Positions 1 through 9,939 of a stretch of 64,000 nucleotides of DNA are shown here, piece by piece. The notes under the pieces were generated by a model. It ran no database searches and was not told where the DNA came from. It saw only the letters and a list, made by a program, of their open reading frames with translations. Source of the DNA: Myxococcota bacterium. Its GTDB lineage: Bacteria > Myxococcota_A > UBA796 > JAJRTE01. The translations under genes were made by a program, and so were the position numbers. The stretch is from positions 2,955 to 66,954 of the forward strand of contig JAJRTE010000237.1 of assembly GCA_024278455.1 (NCBI GenBank), read 5' to 3'. The number at the start of each line of letters is the position of its first letter. The first letter of the stretch is position 1.

Positions 1-468
1 GGCCCGATGGTGGTGGCTCGAGACATCGCCCATGCCAAGCTCAAGGAACGGTTGGACGCCGGGGAAGGCCTGCCGCAGTATGTCAAGGACCACATCATCT
101 ACTACGCCGGGCCGGCCAAGACGCCCAAGGGCATGGCCTCCGGAGCGTTCGGCCCCACCACCGCGGGCCGGATGGACCCATACGTGGGCCTCTTCATGCA
201 GCACGGCGGCGGCTACGTCTCGCTGGCCAAGGGCAACCGCAGCCAGATGGTCACAGACGCCTGCAAGCAGCACGGTGGGTTCTACCTCGGCTCCATCGGC
301 GGACCAGCCGCACGGCTCGCCCAGGACTGCATCACCAAGGTGGAGGTCCTCGAGTACCCCGAACTCGGCATGGAGGCCATCTGGCGCATCGAGGTCAAGA
401 ACTTCCCGGCGTTCATCCTGGTGGACGACAAGGGCAACGACTTCTTCGCCTCGTTGAAAAAACGGTAG
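1..468 (+). CDS. fumA: Class I Fe-S fumarate hydratase, C-terminal part (5' end outside window)
   Basis: [48 protein letters not shown] are typical of the class I fumarase C-terminal domain. Confidence 0.92.
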   Translation, partial: GPMVVARDIAHAKLKERLDAGEGLPQYVKDHIIYYAGPAKTPKGMASGAFGPTTAGRMDPYVGLFMQHGGGYVSLAKGNRSQMVTDACKQHGGFYLGSIGGPAARLAQDCITKVEVLEYPELGMEAIWRIEVKNFPAFILVDDKGNDFFASLKKR

Positions 469-542
469 GCAACCCCGGGCAGGGGAACCCCTTGCCGAAG
501 GCGAAGACCGGACCGCTGCAACGCCAGAAATCGCTTGCCCCG

Positions 543-571
543 TTGACATGTCCGCGCTGCCCAAGTATGGT
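543..571 (+). promoter_or_regulatory. sigma70-type promoter for NSS transporter
   Basis: TTGACA (543-548), 17-nt spacer, TATGGT (566-571), about 45 nt upstream of ATG 617. Confidence 0.7.
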
Positions 572-616
572 GACTGGCGTTGAAATCGGCACGAGTTTCC
601 TGGCTTGGAGGCGGCG

Positions 617-2017
617 ATGGGTGAACAGGTCTCCTCTCGAGGCACGTGGAGCGGGCGACTGGGGTTCGTACTGGCAGCGGCCGGAAGCGCCGTGGGGCTC
701 GGCAACCTCTGGAAGTTTCCGTACATCACCTACGAGAATGGCGGGGGCGCTTTCGTACTGGTCTACCTGGCGGCCATCGTGATGGTCGGCTTGCCGGTCA
801 TGATGGCGGAGGTCCTGCTCGGCCGGCGCACCCAGCGAAATCCGGTGGGCGCCTTCCGTATCCTCAGCCAAGGGAAGCGCGGCCACCGCCTGTGGCCCGG
901 CGTCGGCGTGCTCGGCGTGATTTCCGGGTTCGTGATCCTCTCCTACTACAGTGTCGTCGCCGGATGGACCGTGCGCTACATCGGGCTCGCCATCAGTGGG
1001 CGGCTCGAGGCCATGGCGGTCCACCCCGAAGCGTTGCAGACCTTCTTCAGCGGATTCCTCGGCAGCGGCGCTCAGCAGGTGCTCTATCACACCATCTTCA
1101 TGGGCGCGACCGTGGGCATCGTCATCCTGGGTGTACAAAAAGGCATAGAACGCGCGACCAAGGTGCTGATGCCCCTGCTGTTTCTGATCCTGATAGCCCT
1201 CGTGGCCTACTCGGTCACCACCCCGGGCTTTGGCGAAGCCCTCACCTTCCTCTTCCGACCCAACTTCAGTCAACTCTCCAGGGGCGCCGTGCTCGAAGCA
1301 CTGGGCCACAGCTTCTTCACCCTGAGCCTGGGCATGGGCGCCATGTTGACCTACGGCAGCTACATGAAGCGGGACAACTCCATCCAGAAGGCGGCCATCC
1401 TCATCACGTTTCTCGACACGCTGATCGCGCTGATGGCCTGTGTCGTGATGTTTTCGGTCATCAAGAGCTTCGATTTCGAGGTAACCAAGAGCGCGGTCAT
1501 CCTGTTCACAACGCTGCCGACCGTGTTTGCCAAGCTGCCGGGCGGGAGCCTGGTCAGCGCCCTCTTCTACCTGCTGGTCGCCTTCGCCGCACTGACCAGC
1601 ACCATCAGCCTGCTCGAAGTCGTCTCGAGCTACGCGATCGACGAACTGGGCTGGGGGCGGCGGCGCGCGTCTCTGACCATGGGCGGTGCGATCTGGCTGT
1701 TCGGCGCGTTGAGTGCGGTCAGTCTTGGCGCCAACGATACCCTGTCGAGTATCAACGTCATCGGGCGCTCATCGACGGCAGGGGTTTTCGGCACGTTGGA
1801 CTATCTCGCCAGCAACTGGTTCCTGCCGGTGGGCGGGTTTTTCATCGCCCTTTTCACCGGGTGGGCGATGAACCCCAGGGAGTCCCGTGAGACGCTCGAG
1901 GAGGGCCATGGCCCGATGCGCGCCTACTCGTTCTGGCATTTCCTCATCCGTTTCGCCGCGCCACTGGCCATTGGCGCCATCATCGTGAGTGTCATCCTGG
2001 GCGTGGAGTACAACTGA
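617..2017 (+). CDS. Sodium-dependent transporter, NSS/SNF (LeuT-like) family
   Basis: GFVLAAAGSAVGLGNLWKFPY, GGGAFVLVYL, FFTLSLGMG; many TM helices; start at MGEQVSS. Confidence 0.93.
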   Translation: MGEQVSSRGTWSGRLGFVLAAAGSAVGLGNLWKFPYITYENGGGAFVLVYLAAIVMVGLPVMMAEVLLGRRTQRNPVGAFRILSQGKRGHRLWPGVGVLGVISGFVILSYYSVVAGWTVRYIGLAISGRLEAMAVHPEALQTFFSGFLGSGAQQVLYHTIFMGATVGIVILGVQKGIERATKVLMPLLFLILIALVAYSVTTPGFGEALTFLFRPNFSQLSRGAVLEALGHSFFTLSLGMGAMLTYGSYMKRDNSIQKAAILITFLDTLIALMACVVMFSVIKSFDFEVTKSAVILFTTLPTVFAKLPGGSLVSALFYLLVAFAALTSTISLLEVVSSYAIDELGWGRRRASLTMGGAIWLFGALSAVSLGANDTLSSINVIGRSSTAGVFGTLDYLASNWFLPVGGFFIALFTGWAMNPRESRETLEEGHGPMRAYSFWHFLIRFAAPLAIGAIIVSVILGVEYN

Positions 2018-2028
2018 CCAGCGGCAGG

Positions 2029-2050
2029 GTCGCCGTCGGAAGCCGGCGAC
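2029..2050. terminator. GC hairpin between convergent genes (possible bidirectional terminator)
   Basis: GTCGCCG-8nt-CGGCGAC inverted repeat between stops at 2017 and 2069; no U-tract. Confidence 0.4.
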
Positions 2051-2068
2051 ACCGGAACTCGAGGCGTA

Positions 2069-3910
2069 TCAGAGGCAGATGTCGAGGGCCGACCGGTCGT
2101 CACTCAAGATCTGGACCGCGAGCCACCGGTTGCGCGACAGGATCTGGTAGACGAAGAACCGCGCCGTCTCGAGCTTGGCAGCGTAGAACTTCGCGCGCTC
2201 GTTATCCTCGAAGAATCGAGCGATTTCGGCCGGATCGGCGGGAATATCGAACGCTTCCAGGGCCTTCTGGGCGCGAACCGCCTGGTCGAGGAGGAGCCAT
2301 CCGACGGTGACGTTTCCGAACAGGGTCAAGTAGGGCGATGCACCGAGCGCCGCGTGCCGGACGTCGGCTCGAGCCAGTTTGCCCAGGTGTTTCGTCACGG
2401 TGACGAGTTCTTCCTGGGCGAGCTTGAGTTGGGCCACCTCCTGTGCGACCGCGGCGTGTGCCGCGTGGCGTGCGATCCAGGTCCCGAGGTCGTTCATGAA
2501 GGATTCGAACAGCTTTCCGCCGCTGCCGAACACCTTGCGCATGAGCAGGTCGATGGCCTGGATGCCGTTGGTGCCTTCGTAGATCGGGGCGATACGGGCG
2601 TCGCGGAGCGCCTGTTCGGCGGGGTAGTCCCTGCAATAGCCGGCGCCCCCGTAGACCTGGACCGCGACCGAGCAGGCCTCGACGCCGGAATCGGATCCCC
2701 ACGCCTTGCAGACGGGGGTGAGCAGGGCGTTGCGTCCATCGTGATAGGCCCGTTGGTGCTCATCCTCGGCCATGATGGCCAGGTCCTGCTGGATCGAAGT
2801 GTAATAGAGGAGCGCGCGTCCTCCTTCGGCCAGCGCGCGGACGGTCATCAGCATCCGCCGGACATCGGGGTGGTTATCGATGGTGACCTTTTCGCCGGTC
2901 ATGGACTTGCCCTTGCCGATGTCCGACCCCTGGATGCGTTCGGACGCATACTGCCGGGCGTTCGTGTACATGGCCGCGGCGAGCGCCTGTCCCTGGAGTC
3001 CCACGACGATACGCTCCTCGTTCATCATGTGGAACATGCAGGCGATGCCTCGGTTTTCCTCTCCGACGAGGTACCCGGTGCAGTTGTCGTTGTCTCCGAA
3101 ATTGAGGACCGTGGTGCACGAGCCGTGGATGCCCATCTTCTCCTCTATCTTCGAGCAGAATATGTCGTTGGGCACCGTGGCCTCACCGGCATCGTCGAAC
3201 CGGAACTTGGGGACGAGGAACAAGGAGAGCCCCTTGACACCGGCCGGCGCGTCCGGGAGACGGGCCAGGACCAGGTGGACATGGTTCTCGGCCAACTGGT
3301 GGTCACCGGCGGTGATGAAGGTCTTGGTGCCCTGGATCTTGTAGGTTCCGTCGCCCACGGGCGTGGCTCGAGTCATGCTAGCGCCGACGTCGGTCCCGGC
3401 GCCTGCCTCGGTGAGGCACATCGTGCCCTGCCATTCGCCGGTGATGAGCCTGGGCACGTACTTCTCCTGCAGCTCGGGAGACCCGTGCCTCAGCAACAGG
3501 TTGGCCGCCGCGCGACTCAGGCCCATGTAGGTCTGGAATGCCGGATTGGCAGCGATCATCATCTCGTCGATGGCCGTGGAGAGCACCTTGGGAAGACCCT
3601 GGCCGCCCTGGTCGACCGGCGCCACGAGCCCCACCCATCCCTGTTCGATCATCGCCTGCCAGACGTCGGCGAAGACTTCGGGGATAGTCACCTTGCCATC
3701 GTCCCAGCGGCACCCCACGGTGTCGCTCGCCGAGTTGGTCGGTGCCAGGATCTCCCGGGCGAAGTCCGCACCGGCCTCGAGGACCATGCGCACATCGTCG
3801 GCGGTGACATCTTGGTAGGCGGCACGCCCGAGCAGGGACTCGACATCGAGATGCTCGAACAGGACGAATTCCATGTCCCTCAGGTCCGGTTTGTAGCTGC
3901 TGGATTCCAT
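2069..3910 (-). CDS. Acyl-CoA dehydrogenase (long FadE-like type)
   Basis: MCLTEAGAGTD, GTKTFIT, EEKMGIHGS, IYEGTNGIQAIDL; start MESSSYKPDLRDMEF with AGGAG RBS. Confidence 0.92.
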   Translation of the reverse strand: MESSSYKPDLRDMEFVLFEHLDVESLLGRAAYQDVTADDVRMVLEAGADFAREILAPTNSASDTVGCRWDDGKVTIPEVFADVWQAMIEQGWVGLVAPVDQGGQGLPKVLSTAIDEMMIAANPAFQTYMGLSRAAANLLLRHGSPELQEKYVPRLITGEWQGTMCLTEAGAGTDVGASMTRATPVGDGTYKIQGTKTFITAGDHQLAENHVHLVLARLPDAPAGVKGLSLFLVPKFRFDDAGEATVPNDIFCSKIEEKMGIHGSCTTVLNFGDNDNCTGYLVGEENRGIACMFHMMNEERIVVGLQGQALAAAMYTNARQYASERIQGSDIGKGKSMTGEKVTIDNHPDVRRMLMTVRALAEGGRALLYYTSIQQDLAIMAEDEHQRAYHDGRNALLTPVCKAWGSDSGVEACSVAVQVYGGAGYCRDYPAEQALRDARIAPIYEGTNGIQAIDLLMRKVFGSGGKLFESFMNDLGTWIARHAAHAAVAQEVAQLKLAQEELVTVTKHLGKLARADVRHAALGASPYLTLFGNVTVGWLLLDQAVRAQKALEAFDIPADPAEIARFFEDNERAKFYAAKLETARFFVYQILSRNRWLAVQILSDDRSALDICL

Positions 3911-4173
3911 GAAGCGCTCCTTCCTCGAGTTGGATTTGGGATGTTGTCGCGGCCGGCAGTGACCACCGGGGCGAGCCGATCGAGCATACCACCAAAGGGC
4001 GGCGAAAACCACATCGCGGAAGAGCAGGAGGGGCGGCAAAGGTCGACAGCCGCGACAGGCGGTTCAGGTACCGGTGCCCGGCCCTACCGTCGTGGAGGCT
4101 TGTGTTCTGGCCAAACCTGGTCTACCTTTACCACGGTGATGAGCAGAGCGTGACACGTGGAGTCGATGGGCCG

Positions 4174-5328
4174 ATGGCTGCAACAGGTCGAAAAGGACCC
4201 GGCGTGAGCGTCTTGATCGTCGACGACGACCCGACGCTTGCACGCTGCCTTGCCCGGAGCCTCGAGCATGCGGGCTACGAAACCATCGTGGCCGGTAGTG
4301 GCATTTCGGGGCTCGACGCCCTGGCCCGCAACGACATCGGCGTGGTGATTTCCGACCAGGCCATGCCGGGCATGGATGGACTGACGTTCCTGGTCGAGGC
4401 CAGGCGCATGAAGCCGGAGGTGGTCCGGATCATGTTGACCGCCCACGGTGGATTCGAGCACGCTCGAGATGCCATCAACCGGTCCCAGATTTTCGGCTAT
4501 CTCACCAAGCCCTGCTCCCTCACCGACCTCCGCGACATGGTGGCGGATGCCTTCTCCCGGTTCGACCGGGAAAGGGAGAATCGATTCCTCCGGGAAGAGT
4601 GGGAGCGGCGCAATCGCCGGTTCGAGCGCCTGGTCTCGGAACTACGCCACACGATCGAGGCCCAGTCCCAGGAAATCGAGGACATGTTCCGGGAAGGGGT
4701 CATGACCCTTGCCCTGGTCGCCGAAGCGCGCGACGACGTGACCGGCAACCACGTCCGGCGTATCGCGCGCCTCGTGCGTGCGCTGTGCGCGGAACTCGCC
4801 ATGGACCGCGAACAGGTGGAACGAGTGGCCTACTCGAGCATGATGCACGATGTCGGCAAGATTCATATTCCGGACGCTATCCTCAAGAAGCCCGGCCCCC
4901 TCCAGCCCAGGGAATGGCGCATCATGAAGTCCCATACCGTGGCCGGAGAACGCCTCCTCGGCGCACCCCGGTTCGAAGTCGCCCGAAGAATCGCCCGTAG
5001 TCATCACGAGCGGTGGGACGGGTCGGGCTATCCCGACGGTTTGCGCGGGTCGGCGATTCCCCTGGAAGCTCGCATCGTCGCCGTGGGGGACGTGTTCGAC
5101 GCCCTGACGCATGACCGCCCCTACAAACCGGCGTGGCCCGTGCACAAGGCGCTCGAGGAAATGGCCGCGCAGACGGAAAAGGCCTTTGATCCGGACGTGC
5201 TGCGCGCCTTTATCCGCCTGGTCGATTCCGGCTTCGTTCGGGCGCGTGACCGGCACGATGGACAGGCTTCGGCCCGCGTGCCCGGCGCGGGTTCGCCCTC
5301 TCCGCCCGATAGGCCGGCTCCCACTTGA
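4174..5328 (+). CDS. Response regulator with HD-GYP c-di-GMP phosphodiesterase domain (RpfG-like)
   Basis: REC motifs (LIVDDD, ISDQAMPGMDG, LTKP) followed by MHDVGK and HHERWDGSGYPDGL. Confidence 0.92.
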   Translation: MAATGRKGPGVSVLIVDDDPTLARCLARSLEHAGYETIVAGSGISGLDALARNDIGVVISDQAMPGMDGLTFLVEARRMKPEVVRIMLTAHGGFEHARDAINRSQIFGYLTKPCSLTDLRDMVADAFSRFDRERENRFLREEWERRNRRFERLVSELRHTIEAQSQEIEDMFREGVMTLALVAEARDDVTGNHVRRIARLVRALCAELAMDREQVERVAYSSMMHDVGKIHIPDAILKKPGPLQPREWRIMKSHTVAGERLLGAPRFEVARRIARSHHERWDGSGYPDGLRGSAIPLEARIVAVGDVFDALTHDRPYKPAWPVHKALEEMAAQTEKAFDPDVLRAFIRLVDSGFVRARDRHDGQASARVPGAGSPSPPDRPAPT

Positions 5329-5473
5329 CCGGCACGCGCCGGCAGAGGGCACCCGGCCATGTCCCCGCCTCGCCTCCACGGGCCGTCTCGTACCGCGTCC
5401 ACGGATTCCAATCCTTGACGGCAACAGCATCCGAGTGATAATAGAAGACGAACACGACATCCAGGAGGGATTC

Positions 5474-6121
5474 ATGGGTGGGTGCGGACGCAATGCAAGG
5501 GTGGTGCAGATCGTTTTGTGTGGGATGCTCGGCTGTGTCATGAGCGGCTGCGAGAAGGAAGACGTGGCACCCAGGACGCACGGCCCCGGTGCGGGCTGGA
5601 ACGATGGGCCGGTCCAGGAGGAACCCGCCCCTCCGGTCGATGCGGACAGACCGGAGACACAGGACGGCGCGGAGCAGAAGGCGCACCTGTCGGGTGACGA
5701 GACCAACGTGCCGCCCCCTGAGGATGGTGACATCCCGCTCGGCGGCGTGCCGCTTCCCGAGGGAACGGCTGGCGTCAAGGTCAGCGGCACCGTCGTCTAC
5801 AGCGACTACAAGACCGGCCTGATCCAGATCGACGTGAGCGACAAGGGGATGTTCGGCGGAGGCAGTCGGGCGGCGCGCCCCAAGATCATCTCCCTGTACC
5901 GAATGGACAAGCCGGGCGCCTTCGAGATGGAAGTGGCCGCGAACTCCGGGGAAATCTGGATCTCGGCCTACAACGACGCGGACCGGAACGGCAAGCCGAC
6001 CCGGGGGGAACCTCGAGGAAACGCCACGGGCAATCCCTACAAGGTCGGAACGGAAAACATCACGGGAGTGGAGATCATTCTCGCGCCAGAGAAGATCCCG
6101 CCTCCACCTGGGGCTGGGTAG
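5474..6121 (+). CDS. Putative lipoprotein of unknown function
   Basis: AGGAGG RBS; hydrophobic stretch ending VMSG-C; Pro/acidic linker; C-terminal beta-rich domain with DADRNG. Confidence 0.65.
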   Translation: MGGCGRNARVVQIVLCGMLGCVMSGCEKEDVAPRTHGPGAGWNDGPVQEEPAPPVDADRPETQDGAEQKAHLSGDETNVPPPEDGDIPLGGVPLPEGTAGVKVSGTVVYSDYKTGLIQIDVSDKGMFGGGSRAARPKIISLYRMDKPGAFEMEVAANSGEIWISAYNDADRNGKPTRGEPRGNATGNPYKVGTENITGVEIILAPEKIPPPPGAG

Positions 6122-6367
6122 TATCGGGCCACCCATCCGACGCGGCCGAGTCGACCTGCCACGCGCTATCGAGGACATCCGAATGTAGCAGCAAACGGTT
6201 ACGCGGCGCGACACGCCTTCGGAGACCGGGGCCCCTCCCGGCCTGGTGCCGGTACCGGCGCCAGAAATCGATTCCCTGACCCGACAGCCTCGTGGGCTGG
6301 CGTCTCGAGTACCCGGCACCCCTGACTTGCCGCCGGGACCCGCGGCGCACATGCCGATGGCGTGACC

Positions 6368-7486
6368 ATGGACAAGGAAAAACGGAAGTACCTCGAATTC
6401 TGGCGGGAGGAGCGCAACGGCGCGTTCCTCTACGCAAGCCTCGCGGAGATGGAGCCGGACCGGCACATAGCCGAGATCTATCGCCGCATGGCCGAAGTGG
6501 AGAGTCGGCACGCCCGCCGGTGGGCGGAGAAGTATCGGGCGGAGGGGGGAGAACTCCCCCATTTCAGACCCGCCATGCGTACCCGCGTGCTGCTTTTCCT
6601 GGCCCGACGCCTCGGCATCGCCACGGTCCTGCCATCGATCCGCTCCATCGAGGGTGATGGCCAGTCCACCTACCAGGTTCGGGGGGACGCCCGCGACCTC
6701 GCGGCCGACGAGGCGTCCCATGCACGAGTCCTCGACGCGATCGCCTACGTGCGGCAGGGCGGCATCTCTGGTGGCACCGTGGCGCGACTCGAGGGACGCC
6801 ACCGGCTTTCCGGCGGCAATGCCCTGCGTGCCGCAGTGCTCGGCGCCAACGACGGCCTGGTTTCCAACCTGTGTCTCGTCATGGGGGTTGCTGGCGCCGA
6901 CATGGGCGGATCGTCCATCCTGTTGACCGGACTGGCAGGCCTGCTCGCCGGTGCCTGCTCCATGGCTCTTGGCGAATGGCTTTCGGTCCAGAGTTCCCGT
7001 GAGTCCTACCAGAGACAGCTCGACATCGAGGAAGAGGAGATCCGCACCGCGCCCCAGGAAGAGGCAGAGGAGCTGGCGCTTATCTACCAGGCTCGAGGCC
7101 TCGACCCCGAGACGGCGCATACCGTCGCCGCCCGGATCATGGCCGACCACGAGACAGCGCTGGACACGTTGGCTCGAGAGGAACTCGGCATCGACCCGGA
7201 CGACCTTGGGGGTTCTCCCTGGGTGGCAGCGTTCACCTCCTTCTGCCTGTTCGCGCTGGGCGCAGCGCTTCCGGTTCTCCCTTTCTTCGTCCTGGAGGGC
7301 ACCGCAGCCATCGCCGGGTCCGCTGCCCTTGGCATCCTCGGGCTCGCACTGCTCGGCGCAGGGGCGACCCTGTTCACCGGACGTTCCATCTGGTTTTCCG
7401 CGGCCCGGCAGGTCACCATCGGCCTGGGCGCAGCGGTGGTCACGTTCGGGGCCGGTCACCTGCTCGGGGTCAACCTCGCCGGCTGA
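6368..7486 (+). CDS. VIT1/CCC1 family metal transporter with N-terminal rubrerythrin/ferritin-like domain
   Basis: N-terminal E..E...Y...E..H pattern; LRAAVLGANDGLVSN, AGACSMALGEWLSV. Confidence 0.9.
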   Translation: MDKEKRKYLEFWREERNGAFLYASLAEMEPDRHIAEIYRRMAEVESRHARRWAEKYRAEGGELPHFRPAMRTRVLLFLARRLGIATVLPSIRSIEGDGQSTYQVRGDARDLAADEASHARVLDAIAYVRQGGISGGTVARLEGRHRLSGGNALRAAVLGANDGLVSNLCLVMGVAGADMGGSSILLTGLAGLLAGACSMALGEWLSVQSSRESYQRQLDIEEEEIRTAPQEEAEELALIYQARGLDPETAHTVAARIMADHETALDTLAREELGIDPDDLGGSPWVAAFTSFCLFALGAALPVLPFFVLEGTAAIAGSAALGILGLALLGAGATLFTGRSIWFSAARQVTIGLGAAVVTFGAGHLLGVNLAG

Positions 7487-7522
7487 CATTCCGGGATTGC
7501 ACGGGAATTGTAATATTCCATA

Positions 7523-7551
7523 TTTACTGTTCCCCACCACTGCGGTATGAT
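7523..7551 (+). promoter_or_regulatory. sigma70-type promoter
   Basis: TTTACT-17nt-TATGAT in an AT-rich gap, 39 nt upstream of ATG 7590. Confidence 0.55.
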
Positions 7552-7589
7552 AAAATCGGGCGGCGGCATGGGTAAGCAAGCCGAGGTGG

Positions 7590-8669
7590 ATGGTGAAGGC
7601 GCGAGTGGTGGTGGGGATATTCGTCGGGGCTGTTTCCATGACCCTGGCGTTCTGGGGCGTTCCTTTTCGGGTTTTTATCGCCGCGTTCGAGAAGCTCGAC
7701 CCGACATACCTGCTCCCAATCGCGATCCTGTTCTATCTTCAAGAAGTCATCAGGTCGCTGCGCCAACTCGTGTTCATGCGACCCCTCGCCCCCCGGATGC
7801 GTCTCTACAGCAGCGTGTCGATCTTTTTCATCTCGTTCCTCTGTATCCACCTGTTCCCGGCGCGACTCGGCGAGGTCGTGCGACCGTACCTCCTGTCTCG
7901 ACGCGAACACGTGCCGCTCAGTGCCTGCACGGGCGTCGTCGTGGCGGAGCGCGCGATCGATGGCCTGGCCGCGGTCCTGATGTTCGTGGCCATGCTTCTG
8001 TGGGTTGATCTGCCGGAAAACCTGGTCATCGGCGATCATGCCATCCACCTGGCCACGGTGGCCCGGATAGCAGGATTGACCATGGATCCTGGCGTGTTGG
8101 CTGCCGTTCTGGTCATGACATTCGCCCCCGGCCTGTTGCCCGGGTTGCTCGACAGGCTTCTCGAGGCCACTGCCCAGCGGCTTCACTCGACGTGGCTGGA
8201 CCGCCGGCGCGCGTGCATCACCGGCGCGATCCAGGCATTCGCGCTCGGCTTCAGCGGGTTGCGCCGTTCGCGATCGGTCGCCATCGTGGCCGGCTTAACT
8301 GTTCTGAGCTGGAGTCTCACCGCGTGCATGTACTGGCTATTGGCGTGTGGATTCGGTATCGACGGCCTGGTGGGGATCGGCGAGTCCTTCGGCGTCATGG
8401 TGATCACCCTCTGGGCGGCCGTGCTGCCGGCTCCGCCAGCGATGGCCGGGGTCCAGGAAGCGTTCGGACGGGGTGCGCTGGCCCTTTTCGGCGTCTCGGG
8501 ACCCGGATGGGCAGGGATCGGACTCGCCTATGCCGTGGTCATCCACTGGGGACAGGTGCTGCTTCAGGCACTCGGGGCATGGATCTTCATCACGAGGGAT
8601 GGTGTGTCGTTGAAGTCGTTGTCCCCTGTCCAGGGCTCCCTCGACTGCTCCCGTCTCGCCGATCCATGA
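7590..8669 (+). CDS. Lysylphosphatidylglycerol synthase TM/flippase-like (UPF0104) membrane protein
   Basis: FPARLGEVVRPY, VVAERAIDG, PAPPAMAGVQE; multi-TM. Confidence 0.8.
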   Translation: MVKARVVVGIFVGAVSMTLAFWGVPFRVFIAAFEKLDPTYLLPIAILFYLQEVIRSLRQLVFMRPLAPRMRLYSSVSIFFISFLCIHLFPARLGEVVRPYLLSRREHVPLSACTGVVVAERAIDGLAAVLMFVAMLLWVDLPENLVIGDHAIHLATVARIAGLTMDPGVLAAVLVMTFAPGLLPGLLDRLLEATAQRLHSTWLDRRRACITGAIQAFALGFSGLRRSRSVAIVAGLTVLSWSLTACMYWLLACGFGIDGLVGIGESFGVMVITLWAAVLPAPPAMAGVQEAFGRGALALFGVSGPGWAGIGLAYAVVIHWGQVLLQALGAWIFITRDGVSLKSLSPVQGSLDCSRLADP

Positions 8670-9939
8670 CGGCTCGCTCAGGAATCCCCACGGGACGCCC
8701 CCCACCTCGAGTCCGCAGCGCTTCTCGCGTCGCCGCTGCCGCCGCACCGAACGTGACCACACTGCTGGCGACCACCAAGAGCACGTGGGCCGCGTGCAGA
8801 TCTCCCGGAGAAACCTCCTCGACCACCTTCGCGAGACCCGAGCCGGCATCGATGTGGCCGGAGCGGGTCAGGTGCTGGAGCCCGAACACCACGTTGACCA
8901 GCCATGGAGCCACGTTCAGACCAACGAACCACACGCGGGCACCCGAGCCCAGCGCGAGGAGCCAGCAGTAGACCGGCAGCAAGTAGTATTCCGGGTTGAT
9001 GTGGTAAAATAGGAGGTTGACCCACAGGAGCAGCGCTGCGAACGTTGCCGCCATCCTCGACGACATCTCCCGCTCCTCGAGGTGCGGGAACACCCTGCCG
9101 GCCTTGCGCAAGACCATGACCACGGCAACCGCCGCCAGCAGGGTCGATATCCACGCGGCGTGGACCGGCGGGAACCCCCCACGCACCATCAACAGTGCCC
9201 ACAGGTTGACACCGAAATCCGGCCGGGGGATGAACCCGGCCAAGGGCAGCGGCTCCCCTCGAGCCAAGGCACCCATGCAGACCATCGCGTAGACAAGCAC
9301 CGCCGGTGTCCCGGCGTGGAGCAGCCGGTGCGGCAAGCGCGGGCGGGGCAGCCCCCACACCAGCGCCAGAAGCGGGACGACGAAGAATAGCTTGGCCGCC
9401 ACCACGGCCAGCGAGCAGGCCACGAGGGCGCCCCGGTACCGCCGGACAGCCACCAGGTACAGCACCAGCATGAGCCAGCAGGTGGAGATGGCTTCGTCCT
9501 GCGCCATCACGGCGGTTGTCAACCACCCCATGGGCATGAGGATGAGCGTCAGGCCGAGCGTTCGAGGATGGTCGCGTTCCGGAAGGATCGTGCAGAACGT
9601 GAGGCACAGAAGGAACGCTGCTGCGCCCTCGTACAGTATGCCCGTCAGGCGCATGACATAGAATGCCGTTCCGAAACGGGAAAGTGGAAGGGCGACAAGA
9701 GCTTCGAGCAACGGAAGAAGAGGAGGATGCTGCCCGAACCGGGCCGTGTGGCCGAGCAGGAGTCGTAACGGATCCCGGGCCATCTCCCAGTGCCCGGCCA
9801 CGTCACTTGTGAATTCCTCGGCGCGCGTCCACCATCCGAGCGCCATGAGGAGCAGGAGTCGAGCCGCCACCAGGGCGAGACCCACACCGGCGCAAAACCT
9901 CACCTTGCCTGCTGGTACGTGTCCCGCCCCGGCGTTCAA
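8590..9939 (-). CDS. Polytopic membrane protein, probable GT-C fold glycosyltransferase (GT87-like)
   Basis: About 10 TM helices; N-terminal loop EEFTSD..., HPPLLP, QDEAI, AKLFF; TTG start overlaps the upstream TGA (TTGA). Confidence 0.6.
   Translation of the reverse strand: MNAGAGHVPAGKVRFCAGVGLALVAARLLLLMALGWWTRAEEFTSDVAGHWEMARDPLRLLLGHTARFGQHPPLLPLLEALVALPLSRFGTAFYVMRLTGILYEGAAAFLLCLTFCTILPERDHPRTLGLTLILMPMGWLTTAVMAQDEAISTCWLMLVLYLVAVRRYRGALVACSLAVVAAKLFFVVPLLALVWGLPRPRLPHRLLHAGTPAVLVYAMVCMGALARGEPLPLAGFIPRPDFGVNLWALLMVRGGFPPVHAAWISTLLAAVAVVMVLRKAGRVFPHLEEREMSSRMAATFAALLLWVNLLFYHINPEYYLLPVYCWLLALGSGARVWFVGLNVAPWLVNVVFGLQHLTRSGHIDAGSGLAKVVEEVSPGDLHAAHVLLVVASSVVTFGAAAAATREALRTRGGGRPVGIPERAVMDRRDGSSRGSPGQGTTTSTTHHPS

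Noticed and set aside
5210-7639. 809-aa minus-strand ORF
   Set aside because: Shadow ORF opposite well-supported plus-strand genes; Arg/Gly/Pro-rich with no motifs
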